Assembly (NCBI GenBank): GCA_031366795.1
Contig: JANLOX010000451.1
Location: forward strand, 1 to 23,518
Length of the DNA stretch: 23,518 nucleotides
Reading direction: 5' to 3'
Origin: Candidatus Eiseniibacteriota bacterium
Lineage (GTDB): Bacteria > Eisenbacteria > RBG-16-71-46
The notes under the pieces: generated by a model
Told to the model about the DNA's origin: nothing
Seen by the model: the letters and a program-made list of their open reading frames with translations, nothing else
Databases searched by the model: none
In this document: positions 7,296-14,622 of the stretch, piece after piece
How positions within the stretch are numbered: the first letter of the stretch is position 1
How the letters are laid out: each line of letters opens with the position of its first letter
Position numbers and translations under genes: made by a program

Positions 7296-8786
7296 TCAGT
7301 GTGCCGGCTTCGCCGACTTCATCATGGTGGGGACTTTTTGCTCGTCCCCCGGCGCCTTCACCTTGCGGTGCTCGAGCGTCTCGCCGGTCATGTTGGTGTG
7401 CGTGACACGGGGCAGGTAGGCCGCGAAGTCGAAGTCGGGATCCCGCTCCTTGTTGTGGCACTGCATGCAGGTCGCGGAGGTAACGTGGGCCGGGCTCTGG
7501 GCGTTGGCGAACGACTCGTGCTCCGTCCCCATGCCGTGGCAGTTCTCGCAACCCACGTTCGCCAGCAACGGCGTCGCGGGGAAGCTGATGAAGCCACCCG
7601 GCTTGTTGTAGCCCACGCTGTGGCAGGTGATGCATTCGGGATCTGCGTCGCGCTTGACGATCTGCAGCGTGTTCCAGGCCTGCGAGTGCGAAGTCGTCTT
7701 CCACTGCGCCGCTTCCTTGGCGTGACAGCGCATGCACATCTCGGTGCCGATGTAGTGCGCCACCGAAGGATCGTTGGCCTGCGCCTTGGTCTGCGCCTGC
7801 TTCTCCATCTCGATCTTGCGGTTCTTCTCGTTGAGCGCGTCCTCGAAACCCTTGACCAGTGTGGCGATCTCGGGCTTGTCGGCGATCTCGGGGCCCAGCA
7901 GCACGGACTCCGCCGTTCCCGTGAGCATGCGATGGTGGTCATCGAGCGTCAGTTCGGTGCGACCGACGTACTGGCCCTGCTCACCGCCGTAGGTGGCGAT
8001 GGTGTTCTTCACCATGCGGCCCTGCTGGATCAGCATGACGTTGCGGCCCATGATCACGGCGTCGATGCCTTCGACACCGGTGACCAGATCCTCGCCTTCC
8101 TGCTTGCCCAACTGGGACAGCAGGACGATGACGTTGGCGCCCTTGCGCTTGAGCTCGAGCACCGTGCGGCGCGCGGCGACCTGTGGATCCTCGACCGCCA
8201 GTGAATCCTTGCCGGGCCCAAGATCACCCTTGTCGGTGATGAGACCGAAGATGCCGACGTTCACCGTCCCCACGTGGCGCACGACATAGGGCGCGAACAC
8301 CGGCTTGCGCGACTTCGCGTCGAGCAGGTTCGCGCTCACCACGGGCAGGCCGGCCTTGCGCGCGCGCAGTTCGAGGAAGGCGCGGCCAAAGCGCAGGTCG
8401 CGATCGCCGACATTCACGGCGTCCGTCCCCAACGACTTCATGGCGTCCATCAGGAACCACGCCGCGTCACGACGGTTGTCTTCTTCAGGGAAGAACCCAC
8501 CGTTGTCGACCAGCACGTGCTGGTCATAGACGTTTTTCAGGCTATCGGCGTAACTGGCCCGCCGGGCCAGGCCCCCCTTGGGGGTATGTCAGCCACAGGG
8601 GCCGGTCTTGCCCTTCACGTCACTGGTGCTGAGGATCAGCAGCTTGTTCGGCTGCTTGAGCGGCCCGCCCTTGCCGGCCGTGGCGCTCGACAGCGCCACC
8701 AGGATGACGGCGAGCAACGCCGCGGAGAACAGACGGGACAGTGCGAGCGGGGACCGCAGAGTGCGAACGGCCGGCATAGAGGTCAT
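7296..8786 (-). CDS. Exported UshA-like CxU selenoprotein fused to a tetraheme cytochrome c (c554-like) domain; 496 aa with Sec at residue 66
   Basis: ORFs 8589-8786 and 7296-8516 share a frame and are separated only by TGA 8589-8591. Read-through gives KGKTGPCG-U-HTPKGGLARRASYADSLKNVYDQHVLVDNGGFF, colinear with the paralogs (PCGCHVPKGG, PCGCHIPKGG). Has a signal peptide and CxxCH motifs at 7722-7736, 7620-7634, 7536-7550 and 7455-7469. Confidence 0.85.
8547..8573 (-). promoter_or_regulatory. Candidate bacterial SECIS hairpin
   Basis: Starts 18 nt after the UGA: CUGGCCC-GGC-GGGCCAG (7-bp stem, 8554-8570), extendable by GGC/GCC across a UUAC bulge. The loop begins with G, 25 nt after the UGA. 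Confidence 0.6.
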
Positions 8787-9769
8787 CGGACGGCCGAGTC
8801 CTTCGTGGTCTTCGAGGTATCCGCAACCGCCGGCGCGGGAGCCGAGGGCGGGGCGACGGAAGCCTCGAACGCCTTGACCGAAGCGGCGATCGGAGCGTTG
8901 TCGGGCACTTCGGGACCCAGGATCACGGCTTCAGCCTCCGCGGACTTCATATGGTGTTGCGCGTCCAGCGCCAGTTCGGTGCGGCACACATAGTGCCCCT
9001 GCTCACCACCGTAGCAGGCGATCGTGCTCTTCACCATGCGGCCCCGCTGGATCAGGGCGACATTGCGTCCCATCATCACCGCGTCGATACCGTCCACCTC
9101 GGTCACCAGGTCTTCGCCGTCGACCTTGCCCAACTGGGCCAGCAGGACGATCACCTGGGCGCCCTTGGCCTTGAGCGCCGCAACCGTGGCGCGCGCCGTG
9201 GCCGCCGGATCGAGGACCACCAGCGTTTCCTTGGAGGGCCCGAGATCACTGGTCGGCGCGATCAGCCCGAAGATGCCGACGGTAACACCGCCGACCTTCT
9301 TGACGATGTAGGGATCGAACACCGGCTTCTGGGAAGCCTTGTCGACGAGGTTGGCGCTCACCGCGGGGATGCCCGAATGCGTGAGCTTCTCGGCGAGGAA
9401 TTCGCGCCCGAACCGCAGGTCGCGCTCCCCGATGTTCACCGCGTCGGTGCCCATCGTCTTCATCACATCGAGCATGAACGCGGGTGCTGCCTTGCGCTCG
9501 TTCTCCTCGGGGAAGAATCCCCCGTTGTCAACGAGCACCAGCTGCCCGTAGCTTAAGCGGAGGCTGTCCACGAAGCTGGCGCGGCGCGACATCCCGCCCT
9601 TGGGCACGTGGCAGCCGCACGGCCCCGTCTTACCCTTGACGTCGGTGGTGCTCAAGATCAGCAACTTGTCCGGCTGCAACACCGGCTGGTGCGTCGCGGC
9701 CCATGCTGCGGAACCGGCGAGACTCACCGCCAGGGCAGCGGCAATCGAAACAATGACGATCGGCTTCAT
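8783..9769 (-). CDS. Exported UshA-like (5'-nucleotidase N-terminal fold) CxC protein, no heme domain
   Basis: 328 aa with signal peptide. Motifs ILSTTDVKG, PCGCH, DNGGFF, SANL and VGIFGL. Its stop overlaps the next start (ATGA at 8783-8786). Confidence 0.88.
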   Translation of the reverse strand: MKPIVIVSIAAALAVSLAGSAAWAATHQPVLQPDKLLILSTTDVKGKTGPCGCHVPKGGMSRRASFVDSLRLSYGQLVLVDNGGFFPEENERKAAPAFMLDVMKTMGTDAVNIGERDLRFGREFLAEKLTHSGIPAVSANLVDKASQKPVFDPYIVKKVGGVTVGIFGLIAPTSDLGPSKETLVVLDPAATARATVAALKAKGAQVIVLLAQLGKVDGEDLVTEVDGIDAVMMGRNVALIQRGRMVKSTIACYGGEQGHYVCRTELALDAQHHMKSAEAEAVILGPEVPDNAPIAASVKAFEASVAPPSAPAPAVADTSKTTKDSAVR

Positions 9770-9776
9770 GGTCGGA

Positions 9777-11219
9777 TCAGCTCCCGTGGTTCTTCAGGAA
9801 CTCGGCGATGTTCTTCGCATCGCCGGGTTGCTTGAATTTCTTGTTGTTGATGGTCTCACTCGAAAGATTCGAGTGGACGACCTTCGGCAACTCGGCCGCG
9901 AAATCAAAGTGCGGATCGCCCTTGGCGGAATGACACTGCGTGCAGGTCGAGGCATCGATCTTCGCCGGGGTCGCGCTGAAGGCGTCGTGCTCGGTGCCCA
10001 TGCCATGGCAGCTTTCACACTGGACATTCTGCATCTGGGGGGTTGCCCCGGTGCTGACGAACCCGCCCGGCTTCATGAAGCCCGAGCTGTGGCAGCTGAC
10101 ACAGTTGTCGGCGCCATCCTTCTTGAGGTTGACGAGCGACGCGAAGGCCTGCGAGTGCGAGGTGGTCTTCCACGACTCGGCTTCCTTCACGTGGCAGCGC
10201 ATGCACAGTTCGGAGCCGACGTAGTGCGTCGGCGAGTCGTCCGCGGAGGACACCTTGTTGCGGGCTTCCTCTTCGCGGCGCGCCTTCTCGATGCGTGTGG
10301 CGATGGCGTCCTCGAAGGTCTTCGTCATGGCGAAGATCTCCGGCTTGTCCTTGACGTCTGGGCCCATGATGATGGCCTCGGCGTCGCTGGAGACCACGTG
10401 ATGCCTGGCGTCGAGCGTGAGCTCCGTCTTGCACACGTAGTGGCCCTGCTCACCGCCGTAGCAGGCGATGGTGCTCTTGAGCATGCGGCCCTTCTGCACC
10501 AGCACCACGTTGCGGCCCATGACCGCGGCGTCGATGCCATCGACTGCGCTCACCAGGTCCTCGGCCTCGACCTTGCCGAGCTGCGACATCAGGATGATGA
10601 CGTCCGCACCGCGGCGCTTCAGCTCGAGCACCGTGGCCCGTGCTACGACCTGCGGATCCGCGACCGCCAGCGAGTCCTTGCCGGGGCCCAGATCGCCATG
10701 ATCGGTGATCAGCCCGAACAGCCCGACGTTGACGGTGCCCACCTGCTTGACCAGGAACGGATTAAACACCGGACGGCGCGACCGGCGGTCGAGCAGGTTG
10801 GCGCTGAGCAGGGTGAGGCCCGACTTGCGCGCATGCTGCTCGAGGAAGGCGCGGCCAAAGACCAGGTCCTTGTCGCTGACGTTGACGGCGTCGGTGCCCA
10901 GGGTCTTCATGGCGTCCAACAGGAACCACGCGGCGTCCCGGTGCACTTGGTCTTCGGGGAAGAACGCGCCATTGTCGAGCAGCATCACCTGGCCGTAGAT
11001 CGTCTTGAGGCTATCGACGAAGAACGCACGGCGGGACAGTCCGCCCTTGGGAATGTGGCAGCCACAGGGCACCGTCTTGCCCTTGACGTCGGTGGTGCTC
11101 AGGATGATCAACTTGTTCGGCTGGCGCGGGGCGGGCGTGGGCGCCGTGGCGCCCGAAGTCAGCACAAAACCGGCGGCGAGGATCAAGGCAGCAGTCATCC
11201 GCGACAAGACCAGCTTCAT
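9777..11219 (-). CDS. Exported UshA-like CxC protein fused to a tetraheme cytochrome c (c554-like) domain
   Basis: 480 aa with signal peptide and PCGCH. Motifs YVGSELCMRCH...WKTTSHSQA, CVSCH, NVQCESCHG and CTQCH (9930-10205). Confidence 0.9.
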   Translation of the reverse strand: MKLVLSRMTAALILAAGFVLTSGATAPTPAPRQPNKLIILSTTDVKGKTVPCGCHIPKGGLSRRAFFVDSLKTIYGQVMLLDNGAFFPEDQVHRDAAWFLLDAMKTLGTDAVNVSDKDLVFGRAFLEQHARKSGLTLLSANLLDRRSRRPVFNPFLVKQVGTVNVGLFGLITDHGDLGPGKDSLAVADPQVVARATVLELKRRGADVIILMSQLGKVEAEDLVSAVDGIDAAVMGRNVVLVQKGRMLKSTIACYGGEQGHYVCKTELTLDARHHVVSSDAEAIIMGPDVKDKPEIFAMTKTFEDAIATRIEKARREEEARNKVSSADDSPTHYVGSELCMRCHVKEAESWKTTSHSQAFASLVNLKKDGADNCVSCHSSGFMKPGGFVSTGATPQMQNVQCESCHGMGTEHDAFSATPAKIDASTCTQCHSAKGDPHFDFAAELPKVVHSNLSSETINNKKFKQPGDAKNIAEFLKNHGS

Positions 11220-11304
11220 GGGCTAGGCGATCTCCGGCGAATCGAGGGTTCAAAACAATACGGAGCAACGACTCCTTGGACAGCGGGAGTCTTGGGAACG
11301 TTTG

Positions 11305-11353
11305 AGTCTAGGGAGCCGTTCCCGGTCGGGTCAAGACAGGCCCCGGTCAAGAC
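11305..11353 (-). promoter_or_regulatory. Candidate sigma70 promoter TTGACC-N18-TAGACT with an overlapping 9-bp direct repeat
   Basis: -35 at 11329-11334 and -10 at 11305-11310. GGTCAAGAC (plus strand) occurs at 11329-11337 and 11345-11353. Confidence 0.5.
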
Positions 11354-11418
11354 TTGCGGTTTCTGGTAATCCTATCTACCCCCAGCCGCACTTCGTGGGT
11401 CCACCAGGGTGAACGTCC

Positions 11419-12228
11419 ATGCAATTTGAGACACTGACCGAGCCAGAATGGGATCGCGTGCAGGAAGCCTGGGCGGCGCTCGACTCGGGGAAGCTGGCCG
11501 AGGCCCGAGTGACCATCGACCGGCTGCTCGCCGAGCGGCCGGGGCACCCGGACCTGCGCATGGTGGATGCAGCGCTGCTGCTCGAGGCGGGTGAGGCGGA
11601 CAGGGCGCTTAAGGCGCTGGCAGGCGCCGAGCAGTCGGCGGATCCCGCGGCGTTTTTCCATCTGCGCGGGCTCGCAGAGCATGACCTGCTGAGGTTCGAG
11701 GATGCCCTGCGCGATGCCGAGCGGGCGCTGGTCATCCGTCCCGACATGCCCGAGTCGCACGATCTGGCATCCCGCACGCTGGAGCACCTCGGCAAGGACC
11801 GCGAATCGGCCGATCATGCCGAGAGCGCGCACGAGCTCGATCCCGAGGGTTACCCGATGCCGCTCGAGATCAGCGATGAGGCGTTCGACCAGTGCGTCGA
11901 GAGCAGCATTGCCGAATTGCCTCCTGAAATCCGCAAGGAACTCGAGGAGATCCCGGTGATCGTGGACGCACTGCCGATCCGCGCCATGCTGGCCGCCGAG
12001 GATCCGCCGCTCGCCCCCGACCTGCTCGGCCTGTTCATCGGCAGCCCGCTGAGGGACAGCTCATTCACCGATGAGCCCGCGGTGACCGGGGCGATTCACC
12101 TGTTCCGCCGCAACCTCTTGCGGATGTGCCACACGCCCGAAGACCTGGCGCGCGAAATCCGCATGACGCTGCAGCAGGAAGTCGGCAACCTGCTGGGGCT
12201 CGATGAGGACGAACTCGAAGACGAGTAG
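11419..12228 (+). CDS. TPR-repeat protein with C-terminal Zincin_1-like (minimal zincin) domain, HExxH degenerate
   Basis: N-terminal TPR-like helices, then 'FDQCVESSIAELPPEIR...DLLGLFIG...IHLFRRNL...LAREIRMTLQQEVGNLLGLDEDEL'. Confidence 0.8.
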   Translation: MQFETLTEPEWDRVQEAWAALDSGKLAEARVTIDRLLAERPGHPDLRMVDAALLLEAGEADRALKALAGAEQSADPAAFFHLRGLAEHDLLRFEDALRDAERALVIRPDMPESHDLASRTLEHLGKDRESADHAESAHELDPEGYPMPLEISDEAFDQCVESSIAELPPEIRKELEEIPVIVDALPIRAMLAAEDPPLAPDLLGLFIGSPLRDSSFTDEPAVTGAIHLFRRNLLRMCHTPEDLAREIRMTLQQEVGNLLGLDEDELEDE

Positions 12229-12261
12229 GCGCGCGGGCGCGCGGGCGCGCTCGCCGGATGA

Positions 12262-14622
12262 TTAGCGGCCCGCCGTGACGCCACCGCGCGCGTAGCTGCG
12301 CAGGCGCAGCGAGGACATCACCACCGAGACGCTCGACAACGCCATGGCGAGCGAGGCCAGCATGGGATTGAGCTCGCCCTGCCAGCCGAACACCGGCCCC
12401 ACCGGGCCGCCCACGCGGAACAGCAGCACCAGCGCGCCTGCGGCCACAGGAATCCCGATCATGTTGTAGACGAACGCCCAGAACAGGTTCTGGCGGATCA
12501 CCTGCAACGTGCGCCGCGCCAGCCCAAGGGCGAGCGGCACGGCAGCCAGATCGCTGCGCACCAACGTCAAGTCGCCCGCTTCCTTCGCGACATCGGTGCC
12601 GTTACCCATGGCGATGCCGAGATCGGCCTGCGCCAGCGCCGGCGCATCATTCAGGCCATCCCCCACCATCGCCACGCGCAAGCCGCGCGCCTGGAGTTCG
12701 GCGATGCGGCTCGCCTTCGCTTCGGGCAACACGGCCGCCCGCACGCGCGCAGGCGCGATGCCGGCCTCGGCGGCGAGGCTGAGTGCCGTGCGTTCGTTGT
12801 CACCGGTCATCATCCAGACCTCGATCCCTTGCGCCTCGAGCGCCGCCACCGCTTCCCGAGCGCCCTGCTTGAGGCGGTCGCTCAGGGCGATCCAACCGAG
12901 CAGCGCGCCGTTGGAGGCCACGCCCACGACCGTGTGCGCCTGCGCTTCCAGCTCCGCGCGCTCGGCGCTCAAGCCGTTGACATCGATGCCCTGCTCGCCC
13001 AGGAACAGCGGCGTGCCCGCAAGCACCGCGGCGCCCTCGAGCAGCGCCACGATGCCGCGCCCACGTTGCGCCGCGAAATCCTGCGGCGTGACGATGCGCA
13101 GCCGGCGCGACTCAGCTTCGCGCACGATGGCACCCGCCAGCGGGTGCTCGCTGTTGCGCTCGGCCGAAGCGGCGAGCGCGAGCAGCGCATCGGCCGTCGT
13201 GCCCGCCATGGGCACCAGTGCGACCACTTCGGGGCGACCGCGCGTCAACGTGCCGGTCTTGTCGAACACCAGCACGCGAACGTCACCCGCGGATTCGAGG
13301 GCGGCGGCATCGCGCACCAGCACCCCGAGCTCGGCGCCACGGCCCGTACCCGCCACGAGGGCGGTGGGTGTCGCGAGCCCCAGCGCGCAGGGGCAGGCGA
13401 TGATCAACACCGACACACCGGTTAACAGCGCGTGCGCCAGCCGCGGCTCGGGCCCGAACACTGCCCATGCCGCAACCGCGAGTGATGCGATCGCGAACAC
13501 GACGGGGACGAACACGGCGGCGATGCGGTCCGCGAGGCGCTGCACATGGGCCTTGCTGGTCTGCGCGCGCTCGACCAGCCGCACGATCTGCATCAACACG
13601 GTGTCCTTGCCAACGCGCTCGGCGCGCATGCGGAAAGCGCCCGTCTGGTTGAGCGTGGCGCCCGTCACGCGGTCGCCGGGTCCCGCCTCGACGGGAATAG
13701 GCTCGCCCGTGAGCATCGCCAGATCGAGGCTCGAGTGGCCTTCGAGGATCACGCCGTCGACGGGCACCTGTTCGCCCGGGCGCACTTGCAGCACATCGCC
13801 CACCGCCACTCGATCGAGCGCCACGTCGCTCTCGACGCCATCGCGCACGCGATGCGCGAGCCGCGGCTCGAGATCGAGCAGCCGCCGCATCGCCTGCGAG
13901 GTGCTGGCGCGCGCGCGCGCTTCCAGCAGGCGGCCGAGCAGGATCAACGTGATGATCACGACGGCGGTGTCGAAGTAGGTGTGCGGCGGAATGCCCGCGC
14001 GCGCGAACCCCGCGGGCCATAGCGTGGCCACGGTCGAATAGCTGAACGCGGCGAGCGTGCCAACGGTGATCAGCAGGTCCATGTCGGGCGTGCCGCGCCG
14101 CAGGCCATTCCATCCGCCGCGCAGGAACTGTGCTCCCGCCCACCATTGCACCGGGATCGCGAACGCCAGCATCAGCACGTTCTGGAGATGCAGCGGCAAC
14201 CACCCGCGCAGCGGCGCGAGCATGCCAAAGTTGCCGAGCACGACCACCGGCAGTGACAGCGACGCAGCGATGACGAAGCGCCGCCACAATGCTGTGACGT
14301 TACGCTCGCGCAGCAGGCGATCGTCTTCGCGATTGCCCGCTGCGGGCCGCGCCTCGTAGCCGGCGGCGCGCACCGCGGCGACCAGCGCCTCGGCGCTCAC
14401 TTGACCCACGAGGTCCACTTCGGCGCGCTCGATGGCGAGGTTGACGCGCGCGGCGCGCACACCCGGCACGGTGAGCAGCGCATTCTCGACGCGCGACACG
14501 CACGCCGCGCAGTGCATGCCGCTCACCGACCACTGCTCGGAATGGACCGGGCCGCTCGCGGCGCTCTCAGGCGGCGACTTCGGTTTAGGCTCCGAAATGC
14601 CCACGACCTCGGGACGCATCAC
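12262..14622 (-). CDS. copA: Cu(I)-translocating P1B-1 ATPase
   Basis: GMHCAAC HMA domain, [28 protein letters not shown] and MALSS transmembrane ligands. Confidence 0.92.
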   Translation of the reverse strand: MMRPEVVGISEPKPKSPPESAASGPVHSEQWSVSGMHCAACVSRVENALLTVPGVRAARVNLAIERAEVDLVGQVSAEALVAAVRAAGYEARPAAGNREDDRLLRERNVTALWRRFVIAASLSLPVVVLGNFGMLAPLRGWLPLHLQNVLMLAFAIPVQWWAGAQFLRGGWNGLRRGTPDMDLLITVGTLAAFSYSTVATLWPAGFARAGIPPHTYFDTAVVIITLILLGRLLEARARASTSQAMRRLLDLEPRLAHRVRDGVESDVALDRVAVGDVLQVRPGEQVPVDGVILEGHSSLDLAMLTGEPIPVEAGPGDRVTGATLNQTGAFRMRAERVGKDTVLMQIVRLVERAQTSKAHVQRLADRIAAVFVPVVFAIASLAVAAWAVFGPEPRLAHALLTGVSVLIIACPCALGLATPTALVAGTGRGAELGVLVRDAAALESAGDVRVLVFDKTGTLTRGRPEVVALVPMAGTTADALLALAASAERNSEHPLAGAIVREAESRRLRIVTPQDFAAQRGRGIVALLEGAAVLAGTPLFLGEQGIDVNGLSAERAELEAQAHTVVGVASNGALLGWIALSDRLKQGAREAVAALEAQGIEVWMMTGDNERTALSLAAEAGIAPARVRAAVLPEAKASRIAELQARGLRVAMVGDGLNDAPALAQADLGIAMGNGTDVAKEAGDLTLVRSDLAAVPLALGLARRTLQVIRQNLFWAFVYNMIGIPVAAGALVLLFRVGGPVGPVFGWQGELNPMLASLAMALSSVSVVMSSLRLRSYARGGVTAGR

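Noticed and set aside
8589..8591. Genome-wide UGA reassignment to Trp or Gly
   Set aside because: TGA terminates accD, folC, lptD, tsaE and others at their expected ends, and Trp is encoded by TGG.
8517..8786. Treating 8589-8786 (65 aa) and 7296-8516 (406 aa) as two genes, or as a nonsense pseudogene
   Set aside because: The 24 intervening codons are conserved with the paralogs, the downstream part alone would lack the signal peptide needed for heme c attachment, and the stop falls exactly on a motif Cys. Sec is the better explanation, although a TGC-to-TGA mutation is not formally excluded.
9608..11066. CGCH as an additional heme-binding site
   Set aside because: The spacing is CxCH rather than CxxCH, and the Cys/Sec exchange points to a redox or catalytic role.
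12226..12261. Read-through of the TAG ending the TPR-zincin gene (pyrrolysine)
   Set aside because: It would add only ARGRAGALAG from GC-repeat sequence, and the protein already ends about where the family does.
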